Source of the DNA: Jatrophihabitans sp. | GTDB taxonomy: Bacteria > Actinomycetota > Actinomycetes > Mycobacteriales > Jatrophihabitantaceae | Reading direction: 5' to 3' | Assembly: GCA_035248685.1 (NCBI GenBank) | Contig: DATFHF010000014.1 | Span: forward strand, 133-64,132 | Length of the DNA stretch: 64,000 bases | Shown here: in pieces, positions 1 through 7,781 of the stretch | Position numbering within the stretch: the stretch's first letter is position 1 | How the letters are laid out: each line of letters opens with the position of its first letter | Position numbers and translations under genes: made by a program | The notes under the pieces: model-generated | What the model was told of the DNA's origin: nothing | Database searches by the model: none | The model's input: the letters and a program-made list of their open reading frames with translations, nothing else

Positions 1-918
1 GGCCGGCTCGCCGTCGCTCTTGATAACCACCCGGTCCTTGTCGTCCCCGAAGTCGGTGGTGCGCAGCCAGACCGCGCCGTCCACTTCGAAGATCCGGCCC
101 TGTTCCCGCAGCCGGGCAATGGCCCGGTTGACCGCGCCGGAGGTGTGCAGCGAGTTCTCGTGGAAGTAGACGTCGAAGTCCACCCCGAACGAATGCATGC
201 TGGCCTTGATCTCGGCGAACATCAGCTCGACGCCGCGGGCCCGGAACGCCTCCTGTGCCTGCTCGCGGGGCAGGCTGGTGATGTCGGGTTGCTCGGCCAC
301 GATCATGGCCGCGGTCTCGGCGATGTAGGGGCCGGCGTAGCCGTCCTCGGGGGCGGGTTCGCCCAGTGCGGCGGCCAGCAGCGACCGGGCGAACCGGTCG
401 ATCTGCACGCCGTGGTCGTTGAAGTAGTACTCCCGGCTGACCTCGGCCCCGTTCGCGGTGAGGATTCGGGCCAGCGAGTCGCCGACCGCCGCCCAGCGCA
501 CGCCGCCGATGTGCACCGGGCCGGTGGGGTTGGCCGAGACGAACTCTAGGTTGATCCGGATGCCGGCCAGCGCGTCGCCGTGCCCGTAGCTGGGGCCGGC
601 TTCGACGATGGTGCGGGCCAGTTCGCCCAGCGAGCCGGCTTCCAGGGTGATGTTCAGAAAGCCCGGTCCTGCGACGTCAACCGTGGCGATGCCGGGCTGG
701 TCGCAGAGCTGTTTGGCGATGGCGTCGGCGATTTCGCGGGGCGGCTTGCCGGCTGCGGAGGCCAGCCGCAGCGCCAGGTTGGTCGCATAGTCACCGTGTG
801 CGCGGTTCTTGGGACGCTCGACGACGATCTCGGCCGGGATGTCGGCGGTGAAGGCGCCGGTGTCGACGGCCCGCGCCACGGCAGCGCGGAGGGCGGAGCT
901 GAGTTCGTCGGGGGTCAC
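1..918 (-). CDS. argS: arginine--tRNA ligase, N-terminal ~305 codons (3' end beyond window start)
   Basis: My reverse-strand translation from GTG at 918 gives [70 protein letters not shown]. It has the class-I HIGH-type motif and strongly resembles actinobacterial ArgS. It is not in the ORF track because it runs off the edge. Confidence 0.9.
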   Translation of the reverse strand, partial: MTPDELSSALRAAVARAVDTGAFTADIPAEIVVERPKNRAHGDYATNLALRLASAAGKPPREIADAIAKQLCDQPGIATVDVAGPGFLNITLEAGSLGELARTIVEAGPSYGHGDALAGIRINLEFVSANPTGPVHIGGVRWAAVGDSLARILTANGAEVSREYYFNDHGVQIDRFARSLLAAALGEPAPEDGYAGPYIAETAAMIVAEQPDITSLPREQAQEAFRARGVELMFAEIKASMHSFGVDFDVYFHENSLHTSGAVNRAIARLREQGRIFEVDGAVWLRTTDFGDDKDRVVIKSDGEPA

Positions 919-1180
919 CGGGTCAATGCTAGTGGTGGGGGTCGAGCCGATTCTTCGGGCCGACGAGCTGCCGGTGGGGCTGCCGCGTCGAGGTCGTCGG
1001 TCGATGTGTCCCCGGTTTTGTGGGTCATGGCGCGCAAAACTGGGGACACATCGGCATCCAGCCCGCCGCGATTCTGCCGCCGGGTCGCCGGCGGCGCCTG
1101 ACAACGACAATCCACAGATTGAGGACTTAGACTCAACCGGACACAGGCTGTGCACGCCGCACGCGGATGAAAGCGACTCG

Positions 1181-2047
1181 ATGAGCAAACCGAACAGGCC
1201 CGCCGGGGGCAAAAATCGCCGTCCGGTACCCGTCTCGAAATCGGCGACCGGCAAGCCGGCTACCGCTGCCCGTTCCGCCGATTCCGCCGCCACCGGCTCG
1301 ACAGCTGCAACGCCCGGTCCGGCGACTTCCGCTCCGGCCAACGCAGCTGCCCGGACGACGACGGCGAACCGGGCCGGCGGTGTACCGGGCCGGACCGGCA
1401 AGCCGGTACCCAACCGGGCGCAGTCGAAGAAGATCGTCAACAAGCGGCAGACGCCCTGGGGCCTGATCATCACGACGGTGGTCATCGTGGCGCTGGCGGT
1501 CGGCGTGATCTTCTACGCGGTCAATTCCGGCAAGAAGAAGTCCACCGCCAACGATCCCAACAAGATCCCCGGCATCGTCCACAAGACCTTCTCCAGCGGC
1601 AACCACGAGAACGGCGTGATCAAGTACGCCGACTCGCCGCCGTTCGGCGGGCCGCACGCACCGGTCTGGGCCGACTGCACCGGCACCGTCTACCCGGAGC
1701 AGATCGCCAGCGAGAACGCGGTGCACGACCTGGAACACGGGGCCGTCTGGATCACCTACAAACCGGGGCTGGCTGCCAGCCAGGTGGACGTGCTGACCCA
1801 GTTGGTGTCCGGGCAGCAGTACATGCTGCTGACTCCGTACGCCGGGCTGAAGACGAACATCTCGCTGCAGGCCTGGGGCTACCAGCTGTTCCTCGACTCG
1901 GCAACCGACCCGCGGATCAAGCAGTTCATCACCGACCTGCGGTTGAGCCAGACGAACACCCCGGAGCTCGGCGCCAGCTGCACCCAACCGGCATTCAAGA
2001 GCAAGCCAAGCACGCCCGGTCACCCGATCGATTCCTTACCGTCGTGA
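1181..2047 (+). CDS. DUF3105-like membrane-anchored protein
   Basis: ATG at 1181 ([10 protein letters not shown]..) lies inside the 809..2047 ORF. It has a low-complexity N-terminus, one TM helix ([22 protein letters not shown]) and a conserved C-terminal domain ([32 protein letters not shown]). The upstream part of the ORF overlaps argS and is unlikely to be coding. Confidence 0.75.
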   Translation: MSKPNRPAGGKNRRPVPVSKSATGKPATAARSADSAATGSTAATPGPATSAPANAAARTTTANRAGGVPGRTGKPVPNRAQSKKIVNKRQTPWGLIITTVVIVALAVGVIFYAVNSGKKKSTANDPNKIPGIVHKTFSSGNHENGVIKYADSPPFGGPHAPVWADCTGTVYPEQIASENAVHDLEHGAVWITYKPGLAASQVDVLTQLVSGQQYMLLTPYAGLKTNISLQAWGYQLFLDSATDPRIKQFITDLRLSQTNTPELGASCTQPAFKSKPSTPGHPIDSLPS

Positions 2048-2054
2048 GGTAGCG

Positions 2055-2753
2055 ATGACCCTGACGCCCGAGCGCGAGGCCGACTACGTTCCAGCGCCCG
2101 CTGAGGTTGAGGACCACTCGGTCCGGACGGTGCTGCTCGCGGTCATCGCGATCGCGGCGCTGACGCTGGCCGCCACCGCCGGCTATCTGTGGGGGCATCA
2201 CAACGCGGCCGCTCAGACGCCCGGGACGAACTCGGTCGACGCCGGCTTCGCCTGGGACATGTCGACCCATCACCTGCAAGCGGTCACCATGGCCGGCTAC
2301 ACCCGCGATCACACCACCGATGGCGTGATCCGGACGCTGGCCTTCGACATCGAAACCAGCCAGTTCAACCAGGTCGGCCAGATGCAGGGTTGGCTGGACA
2401 CCTGGGGCCTGCCGCCGCAGAACCCGAACCCGCCCATGACTTGGATGGCGGGCATGACCGGGATGGACATGACGCTCGGCCCGGACAACCTGATGCCGGG
2501 CATGGCCACCCAGGCCCAGGTCAACAAGCTGGAGACGCTGACCGGCAAGGCGCTGGACATCGACTTCCTACAACTGATGATCCACCACCACCAGGGCGGC
2601 ATACCGATGGCCCAGTGGGCGGCCAGCCATGCGCAGACTGCCTACGTCCGCAATGCGGCGCAGAAGATGGTCACCGGCCAGAGTGCTGAGATCGTGCTGA
2701 TGGAGCAGTTGCTGCGCGAGCGCGGCGCCAGCCCGCTGCCGCCGCCGGCGTAG
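2055..2753 (+). CDS. DUF305-like protein
   Basis: 232-aa ORF with an N-terminal TM segment, FAWDMSTHHLQAV and FLQLMIHHHQGGIPMAQ histidine-rich helices typical of DUF305. It follows the DUF3105-like gene 7 nt downstream, a pairing I recall as common in actinobacteria. Confidence 0.75.
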   Translation: MTLTPEREADYVPAPAEVEDHSVRTVLLAVIAIAALTLAATAGYLWGHHNAAAQTPGTNSVDAGFAWDMSTHHLQAVTMAGYTRDHTTDGVIRTLAFDIETSQFNQVGQMQGWLDTWGLPPQNPNPPMTWMAGMTGMDMTLGPDNLMPGMATQAQVNKLETLTGKALDIDFLQLMIHHHQGGIPMAQWAASHAQTAYVRNAAQKMVTGQSAEIVLMEQLLRERGASPLPPPA

Positions 2754-2816
2754 CCGCTGGTAGCATTCGGCACGGCCTGCCGGCGGTTGTTTGGCCTCGG
2801 CGGCCGGGTCGTTACG

Positions 2817-2888
2817 GCCCCCGTAGCTCAGGGGATAGAGCGCTACCCTCCGGAGGTAGAAGCGCAGGTTCGAATCCTGCCGGGGGCA
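2817..2888 (+). tRNA. tRNA-Arg (anticodon CCG)
   Basis: Cloverleaf read by eye: acceptor GCCCCCG/CGGGGGC, D-arm GCTC..GAGC, anticodon stem CTACC/GGTAG with loop CTCCGGA (anticodon CCG), T-arm GCAGG-TTCGAAT-CCTGC, discriminator A. No CCA is encoded. Confidence 0.9.
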
Positions 2889-2941
2889 CAATTGTGTTGT
2901 CTCGGGACATCGTGCACACCTGTCTCGGGTCATCGTCGCGG

Positions 2942-4021
2942 TTAGCTCGACCACTTCTTCTTTAGCTTCTTCAGCTCGACGTCGCATGCTGCCGAGACCT
3001 CTGGTGGCACACGTATTTCAAAGGCTTCGCTGATGATGATGTGCTCGCCGGCTGCGATGCGTTGAGGCAGGTGGTCGAGCTGACGGACCAGGCGATCGAT
3101 CACCTGGCGGTATTTATCAACTGGGTCATCAACGAACCTTGCCAGGGCTTCGACTAGCGGTTGGGCGTCACCTGGCACGCTCGCTCCTCGCAGCCGAGCA
3201 GCCCAGTCCATCAGTTGGATGTATAGGCCGTTCCACCGGCGCGCCAAATGAGCCATCCGCTCGGCGGCTTCATCGCCGTCTGGCGCGTTGGTTGCCGCAT
3301 TCAGCACTTGCGGGTTCATAAAGTTGCTCACCGACTCCACCATCCGGGCGGCATCATCGGTCGCAACTTTGAAGAACTGCCAAAACGCAGAACGGTCAAC
3401 TACTTGGCCGGTGCGTTCAGCGTATCGGAACATGTGATCGCGATATTTAGGTTCGGCCAAGGCCAACTCCTGCAGCAGCTGAGCCGCGAGGTATAGGTAC
3501 TCCCAACCTGCCGGCTTCATGAGCAGCAACGCTTGGCGTCCGACCTCATCGCGTGGGACGCCGGTGATCTCATGCGCTATGGAGGAGGCAGCCCCGCTCA
3601 GCTTGGCACAGATTGAGGCCACGATGCCTTCGACGCCGACGCGCCTGGCATCGAGATAGCCCACGGTCGGCCGAAGGCCGTCGAGCGCTGTGTCGTCTAG
3701 TCGGACTGGCAATACGTACGGCTCTACCTGCTCAAGTCCGCGCGCGAGTGCACTGCGTCGTTCGTGACGCGGCCACATCTTGGCGGCGTAGTGGCGCGAG
3801 ATGAAGAGGATCGCGTAGCGGGATTTAAGCCGGTAAATCTGGTCGAAGTATTCGACCAGATCTTGCCCCCACAACTCCCAGTCGCGGTCCGCGTCATAGA
3901 ACACCCGATAGCCAGTGGGCTCCAGGCCCGCGACAACAGCTTCAACGAAGGCACGGTCCTCGCCGGCAAAGGACAGCGCTACATCGAACTCCGGCAAGGT
4001 CGGCTCTTGCACTAACGACAT
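2942..4021 (-). CDS. TIR-domain protein with uncharacterised ~220-aa helical C-terminal domain
   Basis: The N-terminal region FDVALSFAGEDRAFVEAVVAGLEPTGYRVFYDADRDWELWGQDLVEYFDQIYRLKSRYAILFISRHYAAKMWPRHERRSAL matches the bacterial TIR_2 pattern (DVFxSxAxED .. W-P-x-x-E). Start chosen at ATG 4021 (MSLVQEP), with GGGAAG upstream; the ORF extends to 4087. Confidence 0.8.
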   Translation of the reverse strand: MSLVQEPTLPEFDVALSFAGEDRAFVEAVVAGLEPTGYRVFYDADRDWELWGQDLVEYFDQIYRLKSRYAILFISRHYAAKMWPRHERRSALARGLEQVEPYVLPVRLDDTALDGLRPTVGYLDARRVGVEGIVASICAKLSGAASSIAHEITGVPRDEVGRQALLLMKPAGWEYLYLAAQLLQELALAEPKYRDHMFRYAERTGQVVDRSAFWQFFKVATDDAARMVESVSNFMNPQVLNAATNAPDGDEAAERMAHLARRWNGLYIQLMDWAARLRGASVPGDAQPLVEALARFVDDPVDKYRQVIDRLVRQLDHLPQRIAAGEHIIISEAFEIRVPPEVSAACDVELKKLKKKWSS

Positions 4022-4615
4022 ACGACCAGCTTCCCAGCTGAGGTGACCTTTGGCGTATCCCACGCCCGCTGCGGTCGGGAGGGTCACCCGGTGTGTGGAA
4101 TGCGGCCGCTTTTGGCTACGCCTGGTCTTCGAACTTCAGGAGCTTGGCAGGATTTCGCCTATTGCTCGTTCGCAAGCCGTTCGGTCGGGGACACACTGTC
4201 CACCCGAGCCTAGTTAGGCGAGCCTGGCTGGTGCCCGTTGCCTTCTCGACCGTTCGCTCGAATCCCTAGTAATTATCGAACAGCGTTCGAATAACAGATC
4301 CTGCTGCTGCCGCCGCCTACCACTTAGCTGGACGCATGCAAGGTTCTGGAGGCGGTGCTTATCCTGTTATGTGCGGTTCCCGGGTCAGCCCCGACTAGGC
4401 CGGAGAATGCCTTTGAGGCCTCCTAACATTGGGGCGGCTGCGTTCAGACCCGGAAGCCGACTATGCAGGGCCGGCTGGCATCGACAATGACCCGGCGCAT
4501 GAACACGTCGGGTGTTTGACACAGCTTGATACTTCCAGTCCTAACGATGCTATAAAGTTACCCACTTTTGATGTGAGTCTCTGTAGCGTGCGCGCACAAA
4601 AGCTGGGGGTGCGCC

Positions 4616-7411
4616 ATGAGAACTGCGCGACGTTCGCACAAACCCAAGCACTTCCGGGTACCGACACGGGGCCTGGCGATCCTGGTCGTTGGCGCGCTGG
4701 TCGCGGGGATGACCGGCGGAGCCGAGAGTGCGAGCGGCAGCATTTCGCAGGGTGCGCAGGCACCCTTGCCGACCTGGCGAAGCTTCTACGACTGGGCGCA
4801 TGGCAATGGCTATGTTGGCTGGCACACCGCTTCGTCTGACCCGACCGACTATGGGATCCGGAGCGCCTACGGTGGCCAGTACGGCCTGTGGCTGTGGGCG
4901 AAGGGCGGCCAGCACATCTACACCCAGACCGACGATGCAGAGTGGACCTACACCGCACCCGGCACCACCCGGCTGCTCAACACCACGCTCTCGTTCTCCT
5001 ACCGGAACAAGCTGCTAGCCCACCACTGCATCGAGGTGGGCTACCGAACGCTCGACGGCGTCAAGACCGCCGACGAAGACTTCTGCCAGCCGGCTCATCC
5101 GCCGGACTCCCAAGACCTGACGAATGTGCACCTCGCCGACCCGAACCCCGGGTCGCCGACGGCGAAGGTGCTGTTCCTGCGGATCCACGTCGACTGCGGC
5201 GGCGCGGCCACCTGCTCGAAGACCATTCCTACCCAGGATCCGCTGACTAACGGCAACTACGTCCGCTTCCTGAGCGTCGACTCGACATTGGTCGACGACG
5301 ATCTGCCGGTCGCGAATCCGTCCGGCCCGCTGTATGACCTGCACGACCACTTCATCGACGGCTCGCAGAGCTACGGCGTCACCCTGGACGCAACGGACGC
5401 TGGCTCCGGGATCGCAAGCTCATCGTTCACCCACGCCTCGACCTATCCGCCGCAAACCGATCCGACGGTGACGCAGAACGCGCCGTGCGACCCGACCCAC
5501 AACACGCCGGTTCTCGATGCGCGGATCTGCCCGCCGGAGTTCAGTTGGCAGACCACTGCGGATACCAGAGCCTTCCCGGAAGGGCCGACCACCTTCACCG
5601 AGAACGCCACCGACGTGGGGGGCAACGTCGGCTCCGCCTCCTGGACGATCTACATCGACCGCACACCGCCGGATTCGGTAGTGCCCAGCGGGTCGCTGTG
5701 GGACCTGGCCGGGCAGACCACCGCGGGCTCGACCGAGTTCGTGACCGTCGACGCGCACGATCCCGGCGCGGATGAGCAGAAGGCATCCGGCATAGCCAGT
5801 GTGTGGGTGGAGGAGGTCGGCGTCGGGCTGATCGACTCCTCGGACAACCCCGACTGCACCGACCTCAGCTGCCCGGACTCCTACTCGGCAACACTGCCGG
5901 TCGAACTGGGCGGTTTGAACGAGGGCGATCACACCTTTGTCGTAAAAGCGCAGGACTTCGTTGGGCATGTGACCGAAGGCCCAAGCTGGACGGTCACCAT
6001 CGCCCGCGATCCGAGTGATAACGAGTTAACCGACGACGAGCCGGACGTTGACACCGGCCCGGCCGGACCGGACGAGACACCCGACGGCGGCGCGGTTGGC
6101 TACGACCCTACGACGGACCCTGACCCGGCTTGCGATGCCTACGTCGACATCGGCATCAGCGACTGGTGCAGCAATCCGACCCTCCAGGCCATGAACAGCA
6201 TCAGCCTCGCTACCACCACGCAAGCGACGGCTAGCTACAGCGGCTGCGGCCTCAAGGCGGTCTTCTGGAGCATCGGCAAGCCACCGCAGTACCTCGCCGA
6301 AGCACTCGGGAGATACAACCTCGGCCCAGGTTGTGCCGATTACTACTTCGCGCAAACGCCGACCGGGACGGACGAGGAGCGCCAGTTGCCGGTTTGTCTA
6401 CAGGGCATCCGTAGTAGCTGGCCCGTGAACTTCCACTCCGCTCCAGTTTTCCAATGGACCTCATGGGCAACCTGGGTTCGGGAGAACTATCCCGGTAATC
6501 AGTTCCTCGGCTGGTACAGAGCCGGCCTCACCTTCCGGGACAGGATTGATTCGGGGAACAACTGCCGGCCCGGCGACAAGTGGTTCCTAAATGAGATGCC
6601 CTCCGATTGGCACACGAACGCGACTGAACGTGCGCGTATCCTCGATGCGCTCCGTGGCCTTTATCAAGGCTCCTCCGACCACCCCATCACTGGTTTCACC
6701 GCCGATCCAGTCGAGCCGCAGAACCAGAACAACGACAACGGCGCCCTGTCGACCTACAAGCAACGCCTACAGACCGTGTACGCCGAGTCAAACTTCTGGA
6801 AGACCCTCGGCAAATACGTCGACGGTTATGCAAAAGAGTCATACGACCGCTGTTTACAAGTGTGCGTCCCGGGCGACAGCAGATTGACGATTGCCAACCA
6901 GGGCGTCATCCCCTACACCTACCACCAGCGAATACTCGCGCAGGTCGCACCGACGACGACGAAATACGCAGCGGTGAAGGCCACGATGGGGCAGGACTAC
7001 ATGCCGCTGCTGAACGCCCTCTGGAATTCTCCGTTGGATGTCTATGACACCGGAAAGAGGCAGGGGCCTAATGGAGTCATCTACGGGCTCACCATCAGGC
7101 AGATGGCCGGGCTGATCCATGAGCAGATCTATGCCGCACGCCTGGCGGCCAACTCTAGCTGGGGATCGGCGGGGCGCATCGGCTTCGCCTGGCACGAGAC
7201 CTTCGGTCATGGGAACGACCTCGCCGAGGCGACGCAACTGGCCGATAACCTCGCGAGAGCCCTCTTCGACGCCTATTCGCCTTACGGCGGTCCGGGGTTC
7301 GCCTGCCTCGACTACGACGGCGCCGACCCGTATTACTACGGCTGTGCGACGGCAAGCAGAGTGAACGCAGCGTTCAACTCGACGTGGAACATCTTCAGCA
7401 GGTGGCCGTAA
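4616..7411 (+). CDS. large secreted protein of unknown function with Ig-like repeat modules
   Basis: 931-aa ORF with a signal-peptide-like N-terminus (RGLAILVVGALVAGMTGGAESASG). Two similar modules are present (TFTENATDVGGNVGSASWTIYIDRTPPDS and HTFVVKAQDFVGHVTEGPSWTVTIARDPSD). I do not recognise the ~430-aa C-terminal region. Confidence 0.7.
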   Translation: MRTARRSHKPKHFRVPTRGLAILVVGALVAGMTGGAESASGSISQGAQAPLPTWRSFYDWAHGNGYVGWHTASSDPTDYGIRSAYGGQYGLWLWAKGGQHIYTQTDDAEWTYTAPGTTRLLNTTLSFSYRNKLLAHHCIEVGYRTLDGVKTADEDFCQPAHPPDSQDLTNVHLADPNPGSPTAKVLFLRIHVDCGGAATCSKTIPTQDPLTNGNYVRFLSVDSTLVDDDLPVANPSGPLYDLHDHFIDGSQSYGVTLDATDAGSGIASSSFTHASTYPPQTDPTVTQNAPCDPTHNTPVLDARICPPEFSWQTTADTRAFPEGPTTFTENATDVGGNVGSASWTIYIDRTPPDSVVPSGSLWDLAGQTTAGSTEFVTVDAHDPGADEQKASGIASVWVEEVGVGLIDSSDNPDCTDLSCPDSYSATLPVELGGLNEGDHTFVVKAQDFVGHVTEGPSWTVTIARDPSDNELTDDEPDVDTGPAGPDETPDGGAVGYDPTTDPDPACDAYVDIGISDWCSNPTLQAMNSISLATTTQATASYSGCGLKAVFWSIGKPPQYLAEALGRYNLGPGCADYYFAQTPTGTDEERQLPVCLQGIRSSWPVNFHSAPVFQWTSWATWVRENYPGNQFLGWYRAGLTFRDRIDSGNNCRPGDKWFLNEMPSDWHTNATERARILDALRGLYQGSSDHPITGFTADPVEPQNQNNDNGALSTYKQRLQTVYAESNFWKTLGKYVDGYAKESYDRCLQVCVPGDSRLTIANQGVIPYTYHQRILAQVAPTTTKYAAVKATMGQDYMPLLNALWNSPLDVYDTGKRQGPNGVIYGLTIRQMAGLIHEQIYAARLAANSSWGSAGRIGFAWHETFGHGNDLAEATQLADNLARALFDAYSPYGGPGFACLDYDGADPYYYGCATASRVNAAFNSTWNIFSRWP

Positions 7412-7781
7412 CGAATGCGGAGCAGGCTTATCTCAATTCGACGCCGTCGCAACCCCAGCCGCGGCGACCCGGCACCATAGACCACATGATCCGCTCGGGA
7501 CGGATAGCGAAATATCTCGCAGTGCTCAGCCTGTTGCTGATCGCTGCCGGCATCGCGTACGGGATGGCGAGCACGACCCCACTACGACACCAACCTGTGC
7601 GGTAAGACCAGCAGCCATCCTCCCTTTGCCACTTTGCCGCACGATCCCTGCTCCGGCCTGGCAACCCATTGCGGACCGCCGTGGAGCTACTAATCGGCCC
7701 CGGCTTCCTAGGCCTGGTTATGCCGGCGCGCTGGCGCTCATGACCTCGTCGAATTTGGGGCTAGCTCGGCAAAACCGGTAG

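Noticed and set aside
809-1180. N-terminal extensions of several track ORFs: 809..1180 of the DUF3105 ORF, 41142..41639 upstream of sodN, 60643..61053 upstream of aroA, 58759..59379 upstream of the SRAP gene, and 46194..46448 upstream of the lipid kinase.
   Set aside because: The extensions overlap neighbouring genes on the other strand, have non-protein-like composition, and better-supported internal starts with RBS exist.
4146-4290. Possible att-like remnants of the tRNA-Arg 3' end: GGCAGGATTTCG at ~4146-4160 (reverse orientation) and TCGAATCC at ~4257.
   Set aside because: Only 8-9 nt are shared with the tRNA T-arm, one in the wrong orientation and with an indel. No integrase is nearby. 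This is too short to call an attachment-site duplication.
4276-4290. Palindrome TCGAAC-AGC-GTTCGA in the AT-rich spacer between the TIR gene and the 931-aa gene.
   Set aside because: It is a short 6+6 bp single occurrence with no known matching operator. It could be chance in a 530-bp region.
7486-7605. Small ORF (MIRSGRIAKYLAVLSLLLIAAGIAYGM..), a possible 39-aa single-TM protein downstream of the 931-aa gene.
   Set aside because: It has a plausible TM helix but no clear RBS or known family. Too little evidence to list as a feature.
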